Assembly (NCBI GenBank): GCA_963575745.1
Contig: CAUYUJ010000325.1
Coordinates: 558,001-622,000 of the forward strand
Source: Prorocentrum cordatum
Lineage: Eukaryota
Reading direction: 5' to 3'
DNA length: 64,000 nucleotides
How positions within the stretch are numbered: the stretch's first letter is position 1; each line of letters begins with the position of its first letter. Shown here in pieces: positions 24,501-35,764 of this stretch. The notes under the pieces were generated by a model. That model ran no database searches. It had not been told where the DNA came from and saw nothing but the letters and a program-made list of their open reading frames with translations. The position numbers were made by a program, and so were the translations under genes.

Positions 24501-25591
24501 GCAACCTGGTGGACTTCATGGGCGATCCGGTCAAGAAGCCGACGAGGTTCCTGACGACGGCCATCATGCTCGGCAAGAAGCTCAACAACATCAGGTGTGA
24601 CGAGCAGCACGTACACACGAGCGTGATCAACAGGCCGAAGGGAACAGCCTCGAGCCTTGGGAACTGGACCAAGGAGCTGGCCAATACGATCTTGGACGGC
24701 ATCGAGGATCAGCGAGACCTCGAGAAGCAGCATGGTGGCTACGCCCGGTACGCCAACAACTTCGACGACATCGACTGTGACGAGTTCGAGGCCAACCCTG
24801 CGGAGACGGAGGCGCCGATGCACGCTAGCGCGGCGGCGATCTTCAGCAAGCATGGCGAGAACATCGAGATGGCGGAACGGACGGCGGTGCCACCACTCAT
24901 GCGAGCAGCTATCAAGAAGATACACAAGAGCCATTCACATGGACCCTACAAGGAGTCACTAGTACGGTATCTACAGCATGGTGGAGCTAGCCGACGAGCG
25001 GTACAAGCAGCACGTCTCTTCAGATGCACGACATGTGAAGAGCAGGCTCGGACGGCAGCGAGACCTACGGCAGCTCAGCCTAAGGTTAAGGACTTTAACG
25101 AAACCATCAACATGGACTTCATGATCATACCCGACCCGGACAAGAACATGCTCGTAGTGCTTGTTATCGTGGACGTGGCCTCGGACTTCACCGTGGCGAT
25201 CTACACGTGTCCCGGATCGAGACCTACGGCAGAGTTAGCAAAGAAGGCTTTCGAACTCGGATGGCTTACCTGGGCCCGGCCACCACACGTCGTGGAGCAG
25301 GACCAGGACTCTACCTTTATGGGCGAGTTTGAGACGCTATGCAACGACCTGGGCATTGTGATCAACAATGCGGCTCCAGAGGCTCACTGGCAGATGGGCA
25401 AAGTAGAAAGGAAGATACGATACCTGAAGGAGATGGCGACGAGTGTCTTCAACGCTGGGGACGTTCGTGGTCAAGATTCGGTTGCAGCAGCAGTACGTGG
25501 TATGGCCAACGCGTATCATTCTGGAATCGACTACACCTCCAACAGATCTGCTCGGAATCCTTTTTCAAGGCAGCAAACTCATCAGCATTGA
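21533..25591 (+). CDS. Copia Gag-protease-MTase-like-integrase polyprotein (N-terminal part)
   Basis: Zinc knuckle CNACHKKGHWKGDPEC (22550-22597); protease VLDTAC (~23510); ELYAG / GFPC / QNP (24098-24420); integrase HxxxxH...CTTC (24920-25040) and D(25114)-D(~25301)-E(~25406). The frame breaks after ~25515. Start ATG inferred. Confidence 0.9.
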   Translation: MTSRQQQQFNDGPLFVDKEGVVHYNGDPSYGEEFAERAILGYHASEEKIKKLYAIKLKNSLNGRAWTLTRKKVEISTQAVLDEAGNDPLAAVKLVVTTVRQACERIAPLQKQQAFEEYLFRGFRNRTESVQDYISRRETEYERLKSLSTNTTVSEDLRTYSLLKLANISRQKHKATLGQCNNEYIWDDVTVAMLIQLDSTGRDDRGHGRYGAYPVDYDDEEEEALLGDECAPCDEDVFPSDEDYDALAADIDEFEGVIDGVDPDEISQEECDTLATEAQRLGWKAGRRNHKPNYKQARERLAQSKSNRGWKANINKQGSIKMDSKEAEDKLKQIKAGTKCNACHKKGHWKGDPECEKTRSPASGSSTLQRGGRGGGRGGRGFHGRPGGFLRRAGFAMATAVKLLMADSSMDMTAIHSVSDQLASIDVAMEEITSLTKVRIDTEEQIVNTYAVSTAGDQPNFQERIDQAHEPYPVPGEHQAQESDEPLSTPVSSTSRPTPGTWSRTDPSRPSTDYLEDDNTETDLQKIRERAEQIAALWVSCENMEAAYRDYMDFCLDWALHRFQQLMHITMDMAPNGLRNLAYDLCQAAWDRTSELRVIVRSTCERLPIGVRPTWLWTQRRAGTNYAPEGIGRQQPCEELEEIEAYAVRKGPIPDGHAVLDTACLRGCGGSISLDGYTEDGRVTTRMRGSSMRFRGVNDSAPVMAELEQEVTAGLAGADVNLRFQRLPKSKTPILLSIHQLEELDTVIYIKDQKADFKAINKYGVPLNKTEKGHLTISLKEWPKKETTKIEPSVTSDEIDIWNAEVQEINKGILRRKQRKQIEAWEKEIQDKLDQCQQFVDTLKADPEEKRPIICELYAGGMAATSEAQQRRHPVTRPRDILIGDDLLDAKSQKTVLKQLNEDDPYVTIVGFPCDPFTNISHMFPRDTKMRKLAIGMKHLQFVKKIWLNCKRRGAHMLLQNPLTSRAWQLMPWLGSEFVSAMMHQCAEGSNLVDFMGDPVKKPTRFLTTAIMLGKKLNNIRCDEQHVHTSVINRPKGTASSLGNWTKELANTILDGIEDQRDLEKQHGGYARYANNFDDIDCDEFEANPAETEAPMHASAAAIFSKHGENIEMAERTAVPPLMRAAIKKIHKSHSHGPYKESLVRYLQHGGASRRAVQAARLFRCTTCEEQARTAARPTAAQPKVKDFNETINMDFMIIPDPDKNMLVVLVIVDVASDFTVAIYTCPGSRPTAELAKKAFELGWLTWARPPHVVEQDQDSTFMGEFETLCNDLGIVINNAAPEAHWQMGKVERKIRYLKEMATSVFNAGDVRGQDSVAAAVRGMANAYHSGIDYTSNRSARNPFSRQQTHQH

Positions 25592-25642
25592 GACGGACAG
25601 TTCTGGCGAGGACGAGGCCCCAGCCAGGGCCATTTCAGCAAG

Positions 25643-28104
25643 GTGATTTCAGCCAACCTAAAGCGCAACCTGCATGCACGATGGCATGGACCTGCCCGGT
25701 GCCTGGGCAAGGATGAGCACGGTTACTGGCTGATCCATAACAGGATCCCGATCCTAAGTTCACCCAGTCTCCTTCGAAGGGCGACTGAGCACGAGGTGAG
25801 CACCATGCAGTTTACCGACCTGTTTTCAGATGGCGGACCTGCACGTGGACGAGCTGGTCAGCGTGGTTTTCTGGACCTTCGAGGTCAACAGTATAACCCA
25901 GCACGAGATGATCAGCAGCCAGACCAGCAGCCCGATCAACAGCCAGATCAGCAGCCAGATCAACACCAAGATCACCGAGATCCAGGACATCAGCAGCATC
26001 CTGGACAGGACGATGTTCCACCACAGCAAGCAGGAGGACAAGGTGATGCACCCTCGAGTGCACCGACGACGGCACCAGCAGCACCTGCCCACGGCAACGT
26101 CGAGCTGACGAAGCCAGCGGACAGCAGGAAGCGACGATCGGAAGTGGTACACGATAACGACGTGATGCCAATGCGTCAGAGGCTGGACGACGAGTACGAG
26201 ACAGTACTTGCTGATCAAGATCAAGCGGAGGAAGATCTACGAGTACGACTTGTTCGAGCGCACCAAGCTTGGGACGCCATCTTGGGAGCAGTGGCGGCCA
26301 GCAGCCAGGGCAAGACCGACCTGAGGCAGCTGGATAACGTCAGGAACGCCGCTCTTCTACCTGATCCAACACCTGGGTACAAGATCGAGAGGCGGCGGCT
26401 TCTCAACTTGGACACGCGCGACCTGGTTCAAGATATCTCGAGAGTGGACTGGATAGCCAATCCTCAGATCATCGACGATGTGGTATCACAAGACCCCATC
26501 ACGATCATCGAGGAGATCACTCTGGGAAAGGAAGAGGAAGCTGGAGATGGACCAGGAGGTGGCCAACAGCCTGCAGCAGCCCCGCAGGAACCTACCAACA
26601 CGGACGAGACCATGGAGGAACCTAAGGAGGTGAAGCGCGGAGGCAAGAAGCACACCAAGAAGGACCTGAAGCTCAAGCAGACCAAGCGGGGCGACGCTCA
26701 GGACGATCGAGCTCAGCTTCGAGTACCTGCCAAGATCCAGAGGCACATGGAGGAACGCCAGAAGGTGGAGGAAACGGCAGCAGTACCAGCAGAGGTACCG
26801 CAAGATCAGCCGGCTACATCATCGTCCAGTACGCGACAGCCTGCACAGGGCAAGCGCCAGGAACACCCAGTCACGATCAAGGAGTTATTGCTGGACGATG
26901 TGCCGATCAGCATCAAGCGAGCCCGGGCACAAACTGGGCCAGTCAAGCAGCTGGCAGATACACCGCTGCTCGTCGAGGCGTTCGTGGCCCAGCGGATGTG
27001 CAGCCAACCGACGAGAGCCAACAAGCATCAGGAGATCAACTTGAAGACGCTCGGCGACGACAAGCTCAAGTGGAAGAAGATGCAGCAGGCGGTGGAGAAG
27101 GAGTGGAACACGTGGTGCAAGTACGATGCAGCAACCCACATATCAGGTGCAGCAGTCGACAAGGTCGACCCGGACAAGATCCTGAGCTCCAAGGTGGTCT
27201 GGACCGATAAGGACCCCACGACCTTCGAGCCGAAAGCCAGGATCTGTGGGAGAGGCTACGAGGAGGAGTTTGACGACAAACTACGACGGGACTCACCTAC
27301 AGTCTCAGCACAGATGACGCTACTCTTGTGCAGCATCGTATCAAACCTCAACTTCGACCTAGTCATCGCGGATGTGAAGGGAGCCTTTCTGCAAGGCAAA
27401 TCCATCACACGCGAGCTCTACTTTCATATCCCGACGAACCTCGGGAAGTGCAACATCCCGGGAGTGAAGGCAGGCGACCTGCTGAAGTTAAACAAGAGCA
27501 TCTACGGGACCAACGATGCAGCTCGTGCGTGGTATGTGGCACTACGCGAGACGCTTGTGAAGCTTGGATGGGAAGGCCTGAGCTTCGAGCCCGCGACCTT
27601 CATCAAGCGCAATGCGAAGGGCGCGATCATCGGGATCATGTGCCTGCACGTGGATGACTTCCTCATGGGCATCAAGCAGGACGACCCGGAGGGCGCCAAG
27701 ATCATGAAGGACCTGCAGAAGGAGATCGACTTTGGCGAGGTCAAGTACGCGAGGAAAGAGCAGGCGACGTTCTGTGGCCGGGGCTACAAGCAGGACAAGG
27801 ACGACAGCATCAACGTCACCATGGAGGCCTACGTGAAGTCGATGCAGACTGTACGTATCTCCAGAGAGCGCAGCAAGGCACCAGATAGCGCCTTGACCCA
27901 TGCAGAGCATCGTGGACTACGAATGGTAGTTGGACAATTGCAATGGGCTGCGCGGATGATATGCTTCGAAGAGGCCTTCGAGGCATCCCGACTGGCATCT
28001 ACGCTGGGGGCTCCGACGGTGAAGGACCTACAGGACGGCCCCACCACGTCCCCCATGTCTGTCTGGAGTCTCCCACCCCCCCCCCCCAAAGTCCCCCCCC
28101 TCCC

Positions 28105-28156
<52 letters not shown>

Positions 28157-29873
28157 ACAAACCCCCCCCTCCCCCCCCTCCCCAACCCCCCCCCCCTCCC
28201 ACGTCCCCTCCCAATCTGCCTCTTCACGTCGCCCTGTCCCCCCCCCAATACCCCCCACCCCCCCCCCAATAATCCCCCAACCCCTCCCACCAACCCCCCC
28301 CCCCCCACTACACAAAATTGTCCACCCCCCACAATCCCCAGATCCCCCCCAATGCCCACCCCCCCATTACGCGGCCATCAGGCGGATACAGAAGCGGGAC
28401 GACTTGCTGATCAGGTTCTCGGCAGGTCTGAACCTGTGGGAGACCATGGTGATCAATGTCACCGACGGTGCTTTTGACAATCCGCCGAAGCACAGATCAC
28501 AACGCGGACACTTCATCATGCTGGGCGACAAGAAGATCAACGAGGACCACAGTAACAAGTACAAGGTACATTGCATTGGGTGGCAGTCTTCCAAGATTCA
28601 ACGAGTGGTGCGATCTACTCTATCGGCGGAGGCCTACTCATGTGCGGACTCTGTGGACATGTTAATATGGACAAGGTCGACCCTGGCGGAGATCCTGTAC
28701 CCGGAGATGGACATGACCGAGATTATGCATGACACCTGCCCGGTGAAATTCATTTCGGCGACCGACTGCTAGAGCCTATGCGACACGATCATAAAGGAGA
28801 AGATTTCTATGACGGACAGGAGGCTTGCTTTGGAAGTGGCTATATTGCGGCAGTCACTCAAAGAGGTCAGCATCAAATTGGTCAAGAGCGAGCAGATGCT
28901 AGCGGACTGTTTGACGAAAGTACTTCCAGGAGGCTACGCGAGGAAGATAGTTACATCCAACCTGTGGACTCTTGGGCCTGATGACAGGGCACCATCAATA
29001 CGCGGGCGAAAGCTTGTCGGACCAGAAAAGGTGGCAGCCAACAAGGAGGTAGACGAGCTGAACGCGAAGATGGCCAAGTACGTCAAGCAGGAGCTGTGCA
29101 ACGACACCCGGAGGGGCGACGAGGAGATCTCTACGTGGCCGGTGGAGACGCACAACTACGTGGACGAGTGCTTCTACGACGACAAGGACGAGGTTCAAGA
29201 CGAGGACTACGTCGAGGCATTTTACACAGAAGAGCTAACGGACAACTACCTGATGGAGAGGAGTGGCGCGCAGAGAACCATCCAGATACCAGACCAAGCT
29301 GTAGTTATGTTTCAACTTTGTGCACTTGCAGTGTATGGAGTTTGTCTTTCGATGTCTCCTGCGGTGGTGAAAGTCGTCTCTATCATCGCGGGTATCATCA
29401 TATTTATTTACGTAATGAAGCCTAAGCAGAACGACGACGAGGACATGTTTGATCCGACGGAGGTGGATAGTTCAAGCAGCGACAACCTGTTCAAGCCGGA
29501 GTTGCCCGAGAAGCATGTCAAGGTCAAGTCCAGGACGGCGAAGGCTACGCCGAAAACTACAACGATAACACTCGCAGTACGAGCCGATCCAACGACCTAT
29601 GACGATGATATCATGGGAGATGGACCAATCATGCTGGGAGATAGTGCTCTACTGAGACAGTGGCTGGAGACCATGGGGCCGACGATAATCAGGAGTGGCA
29701 AGTGCGCGGGCGACAGCTATGAGACGATCTACACGAAGGACAGGCACTACGCAAATTGCCTAGGACGGCGTCTCAAGCTGGACGCAGACGAGAGCAGGAG
29801 TTATAATCTCGACCCGAGCATCAAGGTTTACATTGCATACATCATCGTCATGTCAGCAGTACGTGTGCGCTGA
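25643..29873 (+). pseudogene. Copia RT-RNase H and C-terminal extension (interrupted)
   Basis: RWHGPA; RT motifs KARICGRGY, ADVKGAFLQG, KSIYGTNDAARAWY and HVDD (27647-27658); RNase H VTDGAF, RSTLSAEAY, TDC*SL and MLADCLTK. Lesions: C-rich insert at ~28037-28369 with frameshift, and in-frame TAG at 28770-28772. Confidence 0.92.
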
Positions 29874-30329
29874 GGATGATGAGTGATTTGAGTTATCATG
29901 TTCAGATAATGAGTGTTTTGGGTTACCATTCCAGATGATGAGTGATGTTTGGTCACCATCTGCAGATGAGGAGTGGAGGCGCCCCCTCAAGAGCTCAGGT
30001 AAACATTTCATATCTTAATATATTTTGCTCGGTGCGCAGACCTCGGGTAAAGATTTTAGATGTTGATCAGTGAGTGGGTTTCTTCTGTCTTAGTTTATGT
30101 TGCTCGGTGCGTTGATTTCTCTTATCGTGATATATGTTGCTTGGTGCACGGACGGTGTTTGACCGTTCGAGCAGAGAAACATTTTGATTTATTTTATGGG
30201 ATATAGATTGCTTGGTTCACGGACGATAGGTTGATCGTTCAAGCCAATAGCAATAATCAAAATATTTCGGGAGGCTTGCTGCAGAATTTTGCCACGGCAT
30301 TTATTTAGCAACGTTTTTCCTTTTTCCTG

Positions 30330-30589
30330 TGTGAAAGTTGTATTAGCAAGGATGTGAGATATAGGATGATGTTTAGAATTATCTATGTTGCTGCTCTCGC
30401 TCGCTCATGCTTGCACTCTCTTGTTCACTATTGCCATTTGTGGCTTGGACCCGCCAGCTGTGGCGGGAGGGTGGACGCATTCTACGACTGTCTAGCTTGA
30501 CATCGGAATAAGATCAGATCAATACTCTATCTATTTCTTCTTGCATCAAGAGGTTGTGGGTGGAGAGATTTTGATCAATATCCCGACCA
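30330..30589 (+). repeat. 3' LTR
   Basis: TGTGAAAG...CCCGACCA, homologous to 21001-21257. Confidence 0.93.
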
Positions 30590-31375
30590 GTCGCCACACC
30601 CAGCACGGCGCTTCGTGGCCCCGTAGGGAGCTCCACCGAAGGCCCCAGTGGAGGGGGGCGCATGCGTCCGCCACACCCAGCACAGCGCTTCGTGGCCCCA
30701 TAGGGAGCGGCCCCAGTGGGGGGGGGGGCGCATGCGCCCGCCACACCCAGCACAGCGTTTCGTGGCCCGATAAGGAGGTCCACCGAAGGCCCCAGTGGGG
30801 GGGGCGCATGCGTCCGCCACACCCCGCACAGCGTCGCTCTTCGCGGTCCATTGGGAGTCCACCGAAGGCCCCAGCGGGCGGGGGGGCGCATGGTCGCCAC
30901 CACCAGCACGGCGCTTCTTCGTGCCCCATAGGGAAGCTCACCGAAGGCACCGAAGGTACTTGTGGGGGTGGGGGGGGGGGGGGCATGCGTCCGCCACACC
31001 CAGCACGGCGCTTCGTGGCCCCATAGGGAGCTCCACCGAAGGTTCCAGTGGGGGGGGGGGGGGGCGCATGCGTCCGCCACACCCAGCACAGCGCTTCGTG
31101 GCCTCATAGGGAGCCCCACCGAAGGACCCAGTGGGGGGGGCGCATGCGTCCGCCACACCCAGCACAGCGCTTCGTGGCCCCATAGGGAGCTCCACCCAAG
31201 GTCCCAGTGGGGGGGGCGCATGCGTCCGCCACACCCAACACGGCGCTTCGTGGCCCCATAGGGAGCTCCACTGAAGGCCCCAATGGGAGAGGGGAGCGCA
31301 TGCGTCCGCCACACCCAGCACGGCGCTCCGTGACCCCATAGGGAGCTCCACCGAAGGCCCCAGTGGAGGGGGGCG
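30590..31375 (-). repeat. ~70-75-bp minisatellite, right part
   Basis: About 10 units continuing the array at 20770-21000. Confidence 0.92.
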
Positions 31376-33356
31376 CGCGCCGTGTGCGGCCGCGCCCCAC
31401 TAAGCCCAACACCCGTGGATACGACTCCCAGCTGACTGAAACGCTCTTCAAGAACACCTTTCCCCAAAGTCTTAAAACAGTCCAGGAGGGATCGTGATAA
31501 GAGAACCCCCTCCTAAAAACAGTCTTGGGAAAAATGCACTTCCAACCCGTGTGCATAAAAACGTGCCGAAGCCGAGGGACCAGTGCATGCATGAGCGCGC
31601 AACAGAAGGCAAAATGGTTGAGCTTGGGCTCCTGATCTGGATCGCTCTTGGCGTGGTCAGCCCCTGCCAGTGGCATTGGATCATGCGGCGTGCTAGCGCG
31701 CGGTGCGATTCGCAACCTCGGCCGCGTTTTTGCACAGATGATTTCCGTTCCGACGCCGTCTCAGAGTGCTCAGGGGCAGGGGGGGATCGCAATGCAATTC
31801 ACCTACAGTGCGCCCAACGAACTTGAAACAAATGGTTGAAGTGACCCCATGGCCCAGGGGCATACTTGACAGCGAGTACACGAAAGGTTGCGAGACGTTG
31901 CGCCCCATCGGCGCTACCCAAGGACATCGGCTATGCCGCGGGACCAGCGGCCCTGACCGCTCGAAACACGTAACCCAAAATGACAGTTTGTCGTTTGTAC
32001 GTCTGCATTCGTTTGTCCGTGACAGTTGCAGTTGTCGTCGTTGTCATGCGTCGTGTAAGTTTAGTGCACAGGTTACGTCGGGCTCCCAGCGTTTAGGAAG
32101 GTGTGCGGGTTATTGAGGTTGTGCACCGCGCGCGGTTTCCAACATGGTTGGGCGGAGGGATTCTTGGGGCATCTCGGTGGGGACCTCCGACAGCTCAAGT
32201 GAGTCTGGGGGGGGTGGCCCCACCCACCCCTCGCGCCATACTCGTTCCCTCCTTACCAGTGCCATGGAGCGGATGGGGGTGGCATATGGATTTCACGTAG
32301 ACGAAACAGGCACGCGCAGATGTTAGAGCGCTCCCCCCCCCTCGAGCAGCTGGATTCGTTCCCTCGCTTCCTTGGCTAAACCTACTCTCTGCGAAATCTT
32401 TGTTGTGTGTGGGGGGGGGGGCGGGCGGTGACTCGCGAAGCGTCAAGGATAAGAGAAGCGACTGTGGTTGTTTCACCTTTGAAAAATGCACCGCTCAATG
32501 GATTTCGAAACCTTCGGAGTCATGATGGATGCCACTAGTCCGAATGCAACGCCATCCCAGGACCCGTGCGAATATGATTCTGCGAAGGGTTTGTTTATTC
32601 ATCCCTCCCGTCTTTTGCTGTCCTACTCACCATCCTCCGCCCGTTGGATTCCCGAAGGGAGGGGGAAGGCTAACCTCGATTACATCCCTGGTCGCTGCTG
32701 CGGTCGATCTTCCGCCGCCCCCCAAGCCATAGTGAGAGACCAGGCGACGGCAACATGCTCAAACCAATCCCCATCAGCTTAAGCGTGAGACTCGGAACAC
32801 GAGTGGGCGAGCAACAGAGAGCATGGACACGAAGTGGATACTTAAAGCAGGATGGCGAAAGATGTTGAGGACAGGGTGGATGAGAATAGGGGGGCAATCC
32901 GTCAGCACGTGCATGATACGGGTTAGCTGACACGAAGAGCGGCCACAAGGGGACAGCCAGGCAAGAGCGGATGGAGGGGTCGGGAAGAAGGGGGAGACGG
33001 CGGAATGGAAGCTACGTTGATGGTTCAAGAGCTTCGTTAGGCAAGACTCCGAAACGACGTGATGAAGTATCACACCTTGTATCTCGGGTAGCGGAGCGCA
33101 ACCTCTTCCCTGCATGCACGGGCACGCCGCCAAGGTCTGGAAGAAGCGAAGAGGGGCCAATCGACAGGCATTGGTGGACTTCACCAAGCTTTCCAAAAAA
33201 TCTCATGGCCCCGACGCTGGGCCTCAGGACCTCGCGACTAGCGAGGGCGGCAAACAAAAGGTGGGACCTCGGTGCTGCCGAATTCTAGGAAGGCGCGTCG
33301 CACTACCTCCCCTGGCAGTGCCCCGCAAGCGCCTTGCTGGAACGCGCCACCGACGA

Positions 33357-35664
33357 TCAAATAACGATGGGCGCAATCTTCTTCTTGAGCTGCTCGGGGA
33401 GCCCGTCGATCGTCGTGAACTTGTCGCTGACCATCCAGTTGTAGGAACTCGTGACCGCCACTGACCTCTGCGCTGCATCAGCAATCCTGTCGAAGGAGCT
33501 CACCATCATGCAAGCCGAGTGGGTGAGGCGGGCCATGCTCACAATCTTCTTCTGCCTGTCAGACAGCGTCACTTTAGTAGCATTGGGGCCCTCGAGGGCC
33601 TGGAGCTGGGTGGCAGAGCGTTTGACGTCCTGCAGGCAGACCGCTGGAGCATGCGCAACCCGACCCCGTGTCAAACCCCTCTTTGCTAGACCACGCGGCC
33701 CCAAGGAGCCCCAAGAATTCCCAGGGACATCCTGGCCCAGAGTGGTTTCAAATCCAGGAGGGCCCCAGGCACCACAGAAGGATCTTGCATGCTCCAGCGC
33801 CAAGCCTCCTCGATCTGGACAACTTGCTTGCGCAGCGAGGCAGCGACCTTGTTGCTGAAGACATCTGTGACGTAGGTGCTGAAAGCCCTCCAGTTCCGCT
33901 TAGCTGGTGGTGGAGCCTTGTCCATGTAGTGGGTGCTGTCCCCGACGCCCCCTGCCTTAGGCTCGAGCTCTCCAATGTGTTCACCGATGGTGTCCAGGAA
34001 GGCCGTTCTGGTCAGCGCAATGGCGTCGCGAACGTTGCCGTCTGCAGCTGTGACGGCCTCCTCGGCCAGCATAAGCAAGGCTGCCATCTGGTCGAAGGCC
34101 CCGTCGCATCTCAAAAGACCGAAGTGCTTCTGGAAGTTCTGCATGGTAGTCTGCAAGTCGACGAAGATCTGGAACTCAGGGGTCTTAGTCAGCAGCTCCT
34201 TGAACGGTTTGGCATCCAGCGTTGTAGATGATAGCGCAACCTGTTTCCGCAGATAGACCAACATCTTGAGAAACTCTGCCCAGAGGTTGCAAGGGCATGC
34301 TGAGTCCGGACTCATCACACTGAGTTGATTGATGCAGTCGGCAGCTTTGTAGGTCAGGCCCTCGTCAAGCTTTTTCTCCACGCACAGCGTCACTATGTAG
34401 TCTACGAGCTTGGAGATCAACGCTGTGACCGACTCTGTGAGGCTCAGGCCGTTGCATTTGGCGGCATCGGCAACGATGCGATCGAACGTTGCAGGGTCAA
34501 ACGACTCGAACTCAACTTCCATTGCAGCCGTCGCTCCATTGATGAAGGAGTCGATCATGGAGCTGCTCTGGGCCAACGCGATTTCAGACTTCAACTCGCT
34601 TGTGATTGAACACAACGACGGCCTCAACGGAAATTGGGACAACGCTTTCATCGCAAGCTCAGACATGGCCTTGCGCGCCGTCTGCTTGTTTGCATCTGTG
34701 GGCAAGGTAGCAAGCAAGCTGTTGTACTGCTGGACTTTGGACTCTACGGCGTTCTCGATGAATTCCGCCATGCGTGTATTCGGCCCGAATCTGTGTGCGC
34801 ACTTAGCGGCGTTCACGAAGTAGCTTTCCGTCGTCTTGACCATGCCCGCGAACTTCTCCGCATCCAACTCCTCAGCGTCGACGGCGTCGTCGAGGTCATC
34901 TAACAATGGCTCGATAACGTCGCGGTTCGAGTCGATCACCTGGATGATGTGGTGCGCTTCAACCGTTGCAGCAGAGGCAACTTTGTGGGACGAAGCAATC
35001 TCTGCGAAGGCACGGGTGAGCCTGCATTGCGAGGACGTGTCCATTAAGTATTTCACCAGTTTGCATTTATCCTCCACGTCGGCTCCGCAGACGACCCCCA
35101 TGTTCTCAGTGTAGTGGACAGCCGAGAGCAGCGCATCGAGCTTCGCAATGAATGTGTGCACTGTCGAGTTCAACTCAGACCCATATTGTTTCACAAGGCT
35201 CTTGCAGTACGCCGTCAAAATGCCATGGGCGCGGTCGGCAAGGACGTTCATTGATGACCAGCAGTTGAGGTAGAAGTCCACAGCTGTCTCGAAAAACATC
35301 TCCATCTTGGACAGGGCGTTCTCGCCATCGATGTGGTGAAGCTCGACGGTGCCAGGAGTAGCACCCTGCGGTTGAGTACCTTGGCCGTCGTCTACCCAAA
35401 TAGGAAAGCACGCCTTCAAGAAGATCTCAACTGCATCAGGCGACTCGGCCTCCGTTCTCAATTGCACCACGCGTCTTTGCCACAAGACTTCCCAGCATGG
35501 GGGCTGAAGTTCAATGCCGAAGGCTTGCAACTCCATGGCTGTTTGGACGAGGGCGCTGTGAGTGAACTTGATGTTGTGTCGTTTGTTGAACCGCTGGCAC
35601 TTATCGAACTTCTCAAGGTGCTTTCCCAAGTCCTTGATGTGTGGATCAGCCTTCGTGTCGTTAC
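33357..35664 (-). CDS. 3' part of a large, probably alpha-helical protein of unknown function (exons 35664-33806 and 33629-33357), truncated by the N-gap
   Basis: About 620 codons of complex, stop-free protein-like sequence. The GC-AG intron 33805-33630 joins QIEE|DVKRSATQ in frame to a terminal exon ending KIAPIVI*. Confidence 0.7.
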
Positions 35665-35764
35665 NNNNNNNNNNNNNNNNNNNNNNNNNNNNNNNNNNNN
35701 NNNNNNNNNNNNNNNNNNNNNNNNNNNNNNNNNNNNNNNNNNNNNNNNNNNNNNNNNNNNNNNN
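35665..35764. other. Assembly gap (100 N)
   Basis: Run of n. Confidence 1.

Larger units (their letters stand above)
21001..30589 (+). mobile_element. Full-length, disabled Ty1/copia LTR retrotransposon carrying a C5-methyltransferase-like domain
   Basis: Paired TG...CA LTRs, PBS, and domain order Gag-PR-(MTase)-IN-RT-RH. Flanks GCGTCC|...|GTCGCC are consistent with an imperfect GTC(C) duplication. Confidence 0.95.

Noticed and set aside
28037..28477. Poly-proline (formin/extensin-like) C-terminus of the 944-aa ORF
   Set aside because: Translation of a C-rich insert. The RT-RNase H frame resumes after it.
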